Origin: Rickettsiales bacterium
GTDB taxonomy: Bacteria > Pseudomonadota > Alphaproteobacteria > G027485855
NCBI GenBank assembly: GCA_027485855.1
Contig: JAIXQD010000019.1
Coordinates: 146,256 to 210,255, forward strand
DNA: 64,000 nucleotides
Direction of reading: 5' to 3'
Shown here: one piece after another, positions 38,556 to 46,771 of the stretch
How positions within the stretch are numbered: position 1 is the first letter of the stretch
How the letters are laid out: every line of letters begins with the position of its first letter
Program-made: the position numbers and the translations under genes
Notes under the pieces: model-generated
Told to the model about the DNA's origin: nothing
Databases searched by the model: none
The model's input: only the letters and a program-made list of their open reading frames with translations

Positions 38556-40541
38556 CTACCCACGGGGCCGATAAATTTGTGTGGCACCACCAAACCTGTT
38601 AAAATAGCCATTACGTGCCAAGCCCACATTGGCACCGCGCCCATTATTATTATAGGCCAGCGTGCAGCCCACATTGGCGCAAATGCCCACATGGCTATAC
38701 ATACGGCCGCCCACCACACCACGTATCATCACAATATCGCCGGGCTGCGCTTGTCCGGGGCTGACGCGTGTGCCACCGCCACTTTGTAAATAATTCTGCA
38801 TGCCGGCCACGCTGAGCGTGCCACCGGGAGGAATCATGCTGCGCCCCGATGCGGCCAGCAAATAATTGACATATTGGGCGCAGCCAAGGTTGCCCGTATA
38901 GGCAGGGCCGCACACCACCGCACCATTACGGCCGCTGGTGCAGTTAGTCGCATCGGCATAGCCACCCGGAATGGGCCGCCCCACTAAAGATTGCGCAAGC
39001 GCCATAAGATCGTTGCTGACAACTTGAATGCCAGATAGGCCGCCGCCGCCCTCGGCAACATCGCCGCCCGTGCCATCAAAATCAATATTATCGCCTTGCA
39101 GTTCGGCAAAAGAGGCTTCGGCTAAATCAAAATCGACATAGCGCACATCGTCGTTCACGCCATCCGCATTGACATCTAAATCAAGAATCTCGCCAACACC
39201 CGTGGGCAGCGGTAAGCTGGTGGGAGTTGCACCTGGCGCTAATTGTGGCAGTGGTATTTTGTTTTTATCGCTGGATAAAATGCTCGCTTCGAGCAGGCCA
39301 AGTTGCTCAAGCAGTTCGTGCTTGCGCCATTTCAGCTGATTATAAGTGCCAAATGTTTGGCTGATATAACGCAGTTTTACACTGTCAGGGGCGCTGGCGG
39401 CGGCGATATTCCAGCTGGTGCTGAAGCGCTCACGAAACAGCAATTCCATAATTTTATGCTCGGACAACACAGCATCGGCCGGAATATCATAGCCAAATTC
39501 TTGCATCAGCGCCTTGCCCCAGTTCAGCGGGCTTGCAGCATTGCCGCCCGCTTCGGCCGAAATGGGCATGCGCCGTGCGGCAATCTGCGCGCAAACATGC
39601 CCCGCCAGCTGTTTGGCCGCCTGCCAGCCGCGCAGTTTCATCATGTAAACCGGATTGGCGTTGGCCAAATTGCCCCGCACCGGATCCAGCGTGACGGGCA
39701 ATATCACATTTTCGCAATAGGTGAGCGCGGCCAGCTTGGCCCAATCGGGCTCGCTTGGGTTTTGATAGCGCAGGCGCAAAATATCGTGCGTTAAAATAGT
39801 GCGCGGCATAATATCAAAATCGGCCAAGGCACCATCGGTGCATTCAGTGTTTTTGGGGTCGGTGTTTTTACAATTTTGGAAATTGAGCATGCGTTTTTCA
39901 AAGCGCTCATTCACATCGGCCAGCATGCCACGCGCGGCGGCCACCTCGGCGCAGGCACTGTCATTATCGGCTGCCGCCGGAATATCAAGCCCCAATAAAC
40001 GAGCCGTTTGGCGCAAGCGCTCATGCGCCGAGCCGCAATCACGATTAACCAGGCGGTCTTCGACCGCAGCTTCAATCGGCACGGCTTGCAGCGCCGAGTT
40101 ATTTTCGGCCGCCATCAGCGCTTGCTGACCCGAGGCCGCAACACAGCTTTGCCGGCCAACATCCGGCGTGAAATTTTGCGCAACCTGCATTTTGGCTTCG
40201 CGCTGCATGTTTTCGTAACTTGCCTGATTTTCGGCATTGGCGATTTTTGCACTGACTTGCGCACTGAGCTGCTGCGCCGATACTTCGGCCGTGCTGCCCG
40301 CGCTTTCTAAAAACTGCATAATAGCCACAAAGGCTGCTTGAATGGCTGTGGCCACCGCAGTCAAAGCGCCACCCACAGCAACAGTGGGTGCAATGGCCGC
40401 AGCACAACCAGGGCAAGTATCCATCGCGGCGCTGGCCTGTGCGGCGCGCGGCGGCAGGGCCAGCCCCACCACCAACAGCAACGCCATCACGCCAAAACGG
40501 CAGCGCGCCATACGAGTACCTGCGCCAGCAAGAGACAGCAT
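38556..40541 (-). CDS. Paralogue B: shared N-domain plus a C-terminal CHAP/NlpC-P60-like domain
   Basis: ATG at 40541 has AAGGAGG 8 nt upstream. The ORF-track start at 40712 would overlap paralogue C. The C-terminal 150 aa (38559-39008) has GCAQYVNYLL (Cys nucleophile context) and GDIVMIRG...YSHVGIC (His), which is a CHAP/NlpC-P60 arrangement. Confidence 0.75.
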   Translation of the reverse strand: MLSLAGAGTRMARCRFGVMALLLVVGLALPPRAAQASAAMDTCPGCAAAIAPTVAVGGALTAVATAIQAAFVAIMQFLESAGSTAEVSAQQLSAQVSAKIANAENQASYENMQREAKMQVAQNFTPDVGRQSCVAASGQQALMAAENNSALQAVPIEAAVEDRLVNRDCGSAHERLRQTARLLGLDIPAAADNDSACAEVAAARGMLADVNERFEKRMLNFQNCKNTDPKNTECTDGALADFDIMPRTILTHDILRLRYQNPSEPDWAKLAALTYCENVILPVTLDPVRGNLANANPVYMMKLRGWQAAKQLAGHVCAQIAARRMPISAEAGGNAASPLNWGKALMQEFGYDIPADAVLSEHKIMELLFRERFSTSWNIAAASAPDSVKLRYISQTFGTYNQLKWRKHELLEQLGLLEASILSSDKNKIPLPQLAPGATPTSLPLPTGVGEILDLDVNADGVNDDVRYVDFDLAEASFAELQGDNIDFDGTGGDVAEGGGGLSGIQVVSNDLMALAQSLVGRPIPGGYADATNCTSGRNGAVVCGPAYTGNLGCAQYVNYLLAASGRSMIPPGGTLSVAGMQNYLQSGGGTRVSPGQAQPGDIVMIRGVVGGRMYSHVGICANVGCTLAYNNNGRGANVGLARNGYFNRFGGATQIYRPRG

Positions 40542-40560
40542 TGATAAGTGCCTCCTTTGC

Positions 40561-41820
40561 TTATTTTTCCCACGGCGCTTTCGCCGATGTGGGCGTGGCA
40601 CCCGCGGGCAAGACCGGCGGATTATCCTGCAACACAGCCGAAAGCTGCGCTGCACGCAACATAGCCAAACGCTCGAGCATTTCATATTCGCGCCACTCTT
40701 GCTGCGAGACAAACGCCAAAGACTGGTTGATAGAGGTCAGCATGTCTTTCGGTTCGCTATTGGCGTAAAAGGCCACATCCTTGAAAATATCGTAGTAAAG
40801 CGTGCGCAAAATATCTTGCTCTGAAGCATTTTCCGGCACGGTGCGGCCAACACGGGCGGCAATGGTTTTGCCCCATTCAAGCCTGCTGGTATCAACTGGT
40901 GCGCCACCGCGCGTCACTTCGTTGGCGGGCGTGCGCGTGGTCATTATGTCAAGGCAGACGAGATCGACCAAGCTGAGGCGCGCATCCACACCACGACGCT
41001 GCATGTGATAGACCCGACCTTGCGGGCTATTCAGCAACTGGCCCGTGACGGGATCAGGCACAACGGGGTCTTTGATGTGGCTACAAAAAAGCTGAGCTGC
41101 GCCCACATGGCCATCATCGCCCGAGCCCAAATTATCGGACAGCAGAATATCGGCGCGAATATCGGTGTTTCTCTTGTTGGGGTCATCTTGGCAGCGTGGA
41201 TTTTTGGGGTCAACCTGATCGCAATCAAGATAGCCGCCCTTGGCCAAAGCGACCACACTGGCCGACGCATCGGCCTGCGTGCCGCGCTGGGCGGGGCCTG
41301 CAGCATTAGTGCTGCGCTTTAATGCATTGCCACGAGCCACACTGGCTAAAAAGCGCGTATTGGCTGCCGCTGCTGTTGCCGCTTGCGCACCCGATGCGCG
41401 CACGCACGCATCTTTATTGGTGGATGGGGCATATTGCTGCGCCACCCGCATTTTGGCTTCGCGCTGCAGATTTTCAAAATCATTCTGAATTTTGGCATTG
41501 GCTATTTTAGCGTCAATTTGTGCTTGCAACTGCACCGCCGAAACTTTGGCCGTGCTGCCCGCGCTGGTGATAAAACTGAGCATCAGCTGCATAGCAGTGA
41601 TAGCGGCAGTTAACACGCCTGTGACCGCAGCACCAACAGCCGTAACCGCGCCCACCAACGCTTGCGCTTGTGCCACTTGCGGCGTGCCAAACAACAAAGC
41701 ACCCGCCAGCAACAAAGTGGCCGCGCCCCTGCCTAAAGACCCCAAGGGATTTTTTCGCGGATTTTTTTGCGGATTTTGCCGCCGATTTTGCCCCGCGCTA
41801 TTTTGCATAAGCTGGTGCAT
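40561..41820 (-). CDS. Paralogue C: the shared N-domain only, with no enzymatic tail
   Basis: 419 aa. Aligns by eye with A and B: SAGSTAKVSAVQLQAQIDAKIANAKIQNDFENLQREAKMRVAQ matches SAG[AS]TA[DE][IV][ST]A[EQ]QL..QV..KIANAE.QN.YEN[LM]QR.AKM.VA. Ends just after the shared LPAGATP junction. Confidence 0.7.
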   Translation of the reverse strand: MHQLMQNSAGQNRRQNPQKNPRKNPLGSLGRGAATLLLAGALLFGTPQVAQAQALVGAVTAVGAAVTGVLTAAITAMQLMLSFITSAGSTAKVSAVQLQAQIDAKIANAKIQNDFENLQREAKMRVAQQYAPSTNKDACVRASGAQAATAAAANTRFLASVARGNALKRSTNAAGPAQRGTQADASASVVALAKGGYLDCDQVDPKNPRCQDDPNKRNTDIRADILLSDNLGSGDDGHVGAAQLFCSHIKDPVVPDPVTGQLLNSPQGRVYHMQRRGVDARLSLVDLVCLDIMTTRTPANEVTRGGAPVDTSRLEWGKTIAARVGRTVPENASEQDILRTLYYDIFKDVAFYANSEPKDMLTSINQSLAFVSQQEWREYEMLERLAMLRAAQLSAVLQDNPPVLPAGATPTSAKAPWEK

Positions 41821-42890
41821 TAGTTACCCCCTCGCGGCGCAAAGGGCGAGGTTATACCCGGCACCCGTGTTGTGCCTATCTCCTTATCGGTATCTCTCGT
41901 GCGGAACTGGAAGGTCACGCCACGCGAAGGCATATTGGCATTGCGTGCTTCAAGGCTGCGTGGGTCCATAATATCTTGTGCCGAAAGATCGACGCCAAAA
42001 ATGCGCGCCCCACGGAACAGGCCGCTAATATCGCCGCCATCACGCAGCGGCGCCCAGCCATCACAGAAACCACCATGCACATTACCGAGCTGATTAAGGT
42101 CAGGGCCGATATTGAGAAAATCTAACCCAGGAATGCAAATTGAATTGGCGATAAAATCAACCGCCATTTGAAGGGCCTGACAGGCCGCATTAATGACCGC
42201 ATCAATGATTTGTTTGAAAATCATATCGGCCAGCGCGCGCACTAAACCCAGCGGGTCGCTCAAAATTTTAATGAGGTCGAAAGCCGCAAACATTTTCACG
42301 AGGCAAAAGCGGTCTTCGATTTTTCGGGGGCCCTCGCCTAAGGCGTTCATATTGGCCGCCAAGGCGTTGGTGGCTTGCGCTTCGCTGCCGGCGACAATGG
42401 CATCTTGAATAGGGTCTAAGCAATCTTCGGTGGACATGGCTTTTGCAGCGGCATTGCCATAATCGGTTGCGGCCTTATTGGCTTTATCGCTGCCAGGCAC
42501 ACCTGGCACTGGCCCCGAACCTGTCATTTGTGCGGCAGCTTTATCAAGCGCGCTGCTCAGCTCTTTGGGGTTGGTTACTTCGCTGGCTGTTGGCACGGGC
42601 GATGGGTCGGGGTCGGTTGTGCCCGTATTGCCGCCCGTATTGCCACCCGTGTTACCAGTTGTGGTAATATTTGCCGTACCGCGCGAATTACCGGTTGTTA
42701 TGCCATCAGCAATAAAAGGCGGCTCATCCGCAGGATTCACCGGAACCCGCGGATTAGATATAACTGGCGCTGCAGGTGCGGCAACGCCGCCACCAATCAC
42801 TCGGTCTGGTGTGGCAATAGCAGGCGAGATCCCAAATACAAATAACGCGCAGAGCAACGCAAAGGTCAGAATAAATGAGCGTAGCAACAT
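41820..42890 (-). CDS. Secreted ORFan with a G/N/T-rich linker and a Cys-containing helical C-domain
   Basis: Start chosen at MLLRSFILTFALLCALFVFG (GGAGAGG RBS). Its stop overlaps the paralogue C start (TAATG). Confidence 0.55.
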   Translation of the reverse strand: MLLRSFILTFALLCALFVFGISPAIATPDRVIGGGVAAPAAPVISNPRVPVNPADEPPFIADGITTGNSRGTANITTTGNTGGNTGGNTGTTDPDPSPVPTASEVTNPKELSSALDKAAAQMTGSGPVPGVPGSDKANKAATDYGNAAAKAMSTEDCLDPIQDAIVAGSEAQATNALAANMNALGEGPRKIEDRFCLVKMFAAFDLIKILSDPLGLVRALADMIFKQIIDAVINAACQALQMAVDFIANSICIPGLDFLNIGPDLNQLGNVHGGFCDGWAPLRDGGDISGLFRGARIFGVDLSAQDIMDPRSLEARNANMPSRGVTFQFRTRDTDKEIGTTRVPGITSPFAPRGGN

Positions 42891-43025
42891 GGGCCTCTCC
42901 CGATTCTTCACACGATTCTTCACACAATTATTCATTGGCGCGCGAAATTTAAACATTTAGCCTTACATTTATGGCTGATTATGCTTAAAGCAACCTTAAT
43001 TGTTTTGCAGCCGTTTTTATACAGC

Positions 43026-43613
43026 TTATTGCGGCGCAACTGGCACCGCAGATTTGGGTGCAAGACGGTCGGCATTGGCTGTGCGCCAGTCTTTAATAAA
43101 GGCGCTGATAAGGCCAGAGAAGTTTTTAGAAACTTCTGCCCGGTTATTTTGCACACTGGTGCGCACCAAACCGCCGCGCTCCCAGTAATTAACCGTAATT
43201 GTTTTGCGCCGTGCATTGGGCGGCAAGCGCACCGTGTGCGCCGCTTGCGCCGACAAAGAGAGCCAAGCCACACACTCGAGCGGGGCAGATTTTACCACCG
43301 CCAAAACCGGAAACAGGGTGAGGCGCAGCACATCGGCCTTTTGTGGAGGGGCCGTGCGCGCATCATAGGCCGCCAGCATTTCGCCATGTAAAGTAACACG
43401 CATGGCCTCGGCCACTTCTTGGGCTGAAACAAGGCAATCTTCGGCGTTACCGACTGGACGCAAGGTTAAATCGGCCATGGCCAGCTCGCTGACACCCCAT
43501 AAAGGCGGCAAGGTGCGATCGCGGGCCGAGGGTTGCGAGGTTCCCTCTTGCGCCCAAGCGGGCAGGGCAAACAACACAAGCAGTATCAATGTATAAAAAC
43601 CAAGCCCGCGCAT
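43026..43613 (-). CDS. Secreted ORFan (first gene after dksA)
   Basis: 195 aa with the signal peptide LILLVLFALPAWAQE. No recognisable family. Confidence 0.5.
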   Translation of the reverse strand: MRGLGFYTLILLVLFALPAWAQEGTSQPSARDRTLPPLWGVSELAMADLTLRPVGNAEDCLVSAQEVAEAMRVTLHGEMLAAYDARTAPPQKADVLRLTLFPVLAVVKSAPLECVAWLSLSAQAAHTVRLPPNARRKTITVNYWERGGLVRTSVQNNRAEVSKNFSGLISAFIKDWRTANADRLAPKSAVPVAPQ

Positions 43614-43622
43614 AAGATTGGC

Positions 43623-44063
43623 CTATTCGCGCTCGTCGCGCTTGGTGCGCTCGCGCCGCTCGTGCCGCTCTTGCGCTTCAAGGCTGAGTGTGGCGATTGG
43701 CCGCGCATCAAGGCGTTTTACGCCAATGGGGTCGCCGGTTTCTTCGCAATAGCCATAGCTGCCATCTTCAACGCGCAGCAAGGCTTCTTCAATTTTGCCC
43801 AATAATTTGCGCTCGCGATCGCGGGTGCGAAACTCAAGACCAAGGCTGGTTTCGGCGCTGGCTCTATCGGCGATATCGGGCTCTTGCATGCCGCCGCCAT
43901 CAATATTTTCGAGCGTGTCATGCGATTGCTGCAAAAGCTCTTCTTTCCAGAGCATCAGTTTTTGCCGGAAGAACTCAAGCATCATCGGGTTCATGTAGGG
44001 CTCTTTTTCGCTGGGGCGATAATCGGGCGGCAATTGCGGCGGCAAAATTTTAGTGGCGGTCAT
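43623..44063 (-). CDS. dksA: RNA polymerase-binding transcription factor DksA
   Basis: 146 aa with a coiled-coil region containing DIADRASAE (DxxDxA tip). The zinc-finger region is YGYCEETGDPIGVKRLDARP. It appears to retain only part of the four-Cys motif. Confidence 0.9.
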   Translation of the reverse strand: MTATKILPPQLPPDYRPSEKEPYMNPMMLEFFRQKLMLWKEELLQQSHDTLENIDGGGMQEPDIADRASAETSLGLEFRTRDRERKLLGKIEEALLRVEDGSYGYCEETGDPIGVKRLDARPIATLSLEAQERHERRERTKRDERE

Positions 44064-44126
44064 GGAGGCCTCACAAGATGGTAGGTGCCAAATTATAGAA
44101 AAGCCAAGCGCGTCTGTCTAGCGAGG

Positions 44127-44561
44127 CTATAAGGAATAATGTTTCGCAAGCTCAACTTGAACCCGAAGATCGATATCATCCAACAGTGCACTCATTTCTG
44201 GGTCGGCAAGATCGGGGCGCTTGCTGGCCACCAAGCGTGCCAATTGCAGCAATTTATCGCGCGACAGGCCGCCCATCAGCAGCTGCACGCGCAAATCTTC
44301 GAGGCGGTCGAGCAATTCATTGGCACGCTGCCGCGCCTTGCGCCGGCGCTCGGTTTGCTCATTGATTTCCTGCAAACCAATAAGCCCATCAACGCTTGAG
44401 AGCGGCCCTGCACTTGTGGCTGCAGCCGCGGCACCAGCCTTGCTGCCCGCATCTAAATGCTTGGCAAACTCAACTTTGCTATTGCTGCCACTGCTGGCAT
44501 TGCTTCGGCTGACTGGAGCGCCACTGCGCGTGCCGCCAACGCCGCCTTCAATTTTAGTCAC
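44127..44561 (-). CDS. fliX: Flagellar assembly regulator FliX
   Basis: 144 aa, divergent from flgI as in Caulobacter. The C-terminus LLDDIDLRVQVELAK is FliX-like. GTG start with an AAGGAG RBS. Confidence 0.72.
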   Translation of the reverse strand: MTKIEGGVGGTRSGAPVSRSNASSGSNSKVEFAKHLDAGSKAGAAAAATSAGPLSSVDGLIGLQEINEQTERRRKARQRANELLDRLEDLRVQLLMGGLSRDKLLQLARLVASKRPDLADPEMSALLDDIDLRVQVELAKHYSL

Positions 44562-44669
44562 AATTTTTGCTCCTTACTATGCTTATACACTTAACCGATT
44601 TGGCTTAACAGGGGTTAAACAACACACCACGCTAACTTAATATTCGGCTGATTGTTTCTGCTACAAAAC

Positions 44670-44685
44670 TGGCACGCGGCTTGCA
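44670..44685 (+). promoter_or_regulatory. Sigma-54 (-24/-12) promoter for flgI
   Basis: TGGCAC-gcggc-TTGCA is an exact match to TGGCAC-N5-TTGCW. It lies about 30 nt upstream of the flgI ATG. Confidence 0.7.
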
Positions 44686-44713
44686 TAACACACCCTGCAA
44701 TGTGGAGGGAAAC

Positions 44714-45838
44714 ATGCGAGTGACCATTTTAAAGCGTTTTTTGGCTCTAACTTTAGCGGCGATTTTGGCCATGCCCTCGCCCGCTTTAGCCAACGGCGTG
44801 CGCATAAAAGATATCGCCGATGTTGAGGGCGTGCGCGAAAACCTGATGGTAGGGTATGGTCTTGTTGTTGGCCTGAATGGCACAGGCGATAGTCTTACCA
44901 ACTCGCCCTTCACTGAAAAAAGCTTGATTGGTATGTTAGAGCGCCTTGGCGTGAACACACGCGGCGATAATCTTAAAACTAAAAACGTTGCCGCCGTGAT
45001 GGTAACAGCCATGCTGCCACCTTTTGCCAGCCAAGGCTCAAAAGTAGATGTGACCATTTCGGCCCTTGGTGACGCCAAAAGCCTGTTGGGCGGCACTTTG
45101 CTGGTAACACCGCTCTTAGGTGCCGATGGTGAGGTTTATTCAGTGGCGCAAGGCTCGGTTGCGGTGGGTGGCTTTTCGGCAGAGGGGCAAGGCCAAAGCA
45201 TAACCAAAGGCGTGCCCACATCGGGCCGCATTGCCAGTGGCGCTGTAGTTGAGCGCGAGATTCCGTTTTCTTTGGCCGACCTGCCCTATTTGCGCCTGGC
45301 CTTGCGCAACCCAGATTTTACCACGGCGCGGCGCGTGGCCACAGCCATTAATAAGGGGCTGGGCGCCAATGTGGCACAAGCCCCCGACCCCGCGACCATT
45401 GTTGTTGACCTACCCGCCGACAAACGCGCCGACATGGTGGGGCTCATGACCAAAATAGAGCAAATCACCGTGGTGCCCGACCAGCCGGCTAAAGTGGTTA
45501 TTGATGAGCAATCCGGCACGATTGTTATGGGCGAGAATGTGCGCATCAGCACGGTTGCTATTGCGCAAGGCAACCTCACTATTCGCATTACTGAAACGCC
45601 GCAAGTATCGCAACCCAACGCACTCAGCAGTGGCGGCACCACCACCACCGTGCCGCGCACCGAAGTTTCGGTTGATGAATCGGGCGATAAAAAACTCGGC
45701 ATTGTGCAAAGCAGTGTGAGCTTACAGGATTTGGTGCAAAGCCTGAATACTTTGGGCATTGGCCCACGCGATATGATTGTTATCCTACAATCCATTAAAG
45801 CGGCCGGCGCCTTGCAAGCCGACATTGAGGTGCTGTAA
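44714..45838 (+). CDS. flgI: Flagellar P-ring protein FlgI
   Basis: Begins MRVTILKRFLALTLAAILAMPSPALA (signal peptide), followed by RIKDIADVEGVRENLMVGYGLVVGLNGTGD. GGAGGG RBS. The ORF-track start at 44681 falls inside the promoter. Confidence 0.95.
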   Translation: MRVTILKRFLALTLAAILAMPSPALANGVRIKDIADVEGVRENLMVGYGLVVGLNGTGDSLTNSPFTEKSLIGMLERLGVNTRGDNLKTKNVAAVMVTAMLPPFASQGSKVDVTISALGDAKSLLGGTLLVTPLLGADGEVYSVAQGSVAVGGFSAEGQGQSITKGVPTSGRIASGAVVEREIPFSLADLPYLRLALRNPDFTTARRVATAINKGLGANVAQAPDPATIVVDLPADKRADMVGLMTKIEQITVVPDQPAKVVIDEQSGTIVMGENVRISTVAIAQGNLTIRITETPQVSQPNALSSGGTTTTVPRTEVSVDESGDKKLGIVQSSVSLQDLVQSLNTLGIGPRDMIVILQSIKAAGALQADIEVL

Positions 45839-46200
45839 TGGATGCGCTGGGCAGCCTGCCAAATGTTGAAATTGCGCAAATGCGCGCGCGTAGTGCGCCG
45901 CAAGCGCAAGCAAAGGCAGAGACATCGCCCAGCATTGGCAATTTGCTGGCCAAGCACAAAGCCAGCCCCGAGCAATTACAAAAAATGGCCAAGGACTATG
46001 AAGCCGTTTTTATCACGCAATTACTGCAACCGATGTTTGCCGGCCTTGATACCGACCCAGAGGCCGGTGGCGGCGGCAGCGCCGAAGAAAGCTATCGCGG
46101 CCTCATGCTGCAAGAATATGGCAAAGTTTTTGCCGCCCGCGGTGGCTTAGGCATGACGCCCATTTTGACCAAAGAATTTCTACGGTTACAGGAGAAATAG
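45838..46200 (+). CDS. Rod-binding protein (FlgJ N-domain / CheL-like)
   Basis: 120 aa with the rod-binding motif AKDYEAVFITQLLQPMF. ATGA-type overlap with flgI. Confidence 0.75.
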   Translation: MDALGSLPNVEIAQMRARSAPQAQAKAETSPSIGNLLAKHKASPEQLQKMAKDYEAVFITQLLQPMFAGLDTDPEAGGGGSAEESYRGLMLQEYGKVFAARGGLGMTPILTKEFLRLQEK

Positions 46201-46201
46201 C

Positions 46202-46693
46202 ATGAGCCAAAAGCCAGTGCCGCCACCCGCCCCCACAGCCAATGCCGATGATGCCCTGCTCTATTTAGAAAAGCGCTTGGTGAGCCTTGCTAAAATCGCC
46301 GATGAGCTGGTGGCACTCATGGAAGAGGAAAACATTTTAATTGAGCGCACCAACCCCGAGGCGCTCAACCCACTCGTGAAAAAAAAGCAACTGTTGGTGC
46401 GCGACTATCAAACCGCCATGACCGGCCTTGTTGGCACACCAGAAAGCCGCGCCTTGCTCAGCGAGGCACATCGGCAACATTTGCGCCAGCTCTGTGGCCG
46501 TCTCGATGAAGCCACCACCACCAATGCACTTAAACTAAAAGCGGCGGCCAATGCCAATGAACGCTTGCTGCATATTATTGTGCAAGCGGTTCGGCGCGAG
46601 CAGCAAAGCCTTAATCCTTATAGCGCTGGCAGTAGTCAGCACATTAAGGGCGATAAATCGGCGGGGCCAGTGGCGGTTAATCGTATGCTCTAA
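46202..46693 (+). CDS. Flagellar-cluster protein, possibly FlgN/FlbY-like
   Basis: 163 aa, helical. The call is positional only. Confidence 0.4.
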   Translation: MSQKPVPPPAPTANADDALLYLEKRLVSLAKIADELVALMEEENILIERTNPEALNPLVKKKQLLVRDYQTAMTGLVGTPESRALLSEAHRQHLRQLCGRLDEATTTNALKLKAAANANERLLHIIVQAVRREQQSLNPYSAGSSQHIKGDKSAGPVAVNRML

Positions 46694-46771
46694 AAATTGG
46701 CAGCAGAAATTGGCACCAGTCTTGCACATTCATTTTTAACGGCGCGTAAAAACAACAGAACAGGGTTTACA

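Noticed and set aside
40542-40712. 5' extension of paralogue B in the ORF track (MSRSKSGANMKCSS...), giving 718 aa
   Set aside because: The extension overlaps the 3' end of paralogue C by 150 nt and encodes an Arg/Cys-rich segment of no recognisable type. An ATG at 40541 with AAGGAGG 8 nt upstream starts just before the signal peptide.
18117-43613. Calling the pil/dot block a genomic island, ICE or other mobile element
   Set aside because: The window contains no integrase, transposase, relaxase, tRNA or flanking direct repeats. By eye, composition and codon style do not differ obviously from the flanks. I therefore describe it as an accessory module, not as a mobile element.
45286-45975. 229-aa minus-strand ORF
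   Set aside because: It is antisense to flgI and the cheL-like gene and has no motifs.
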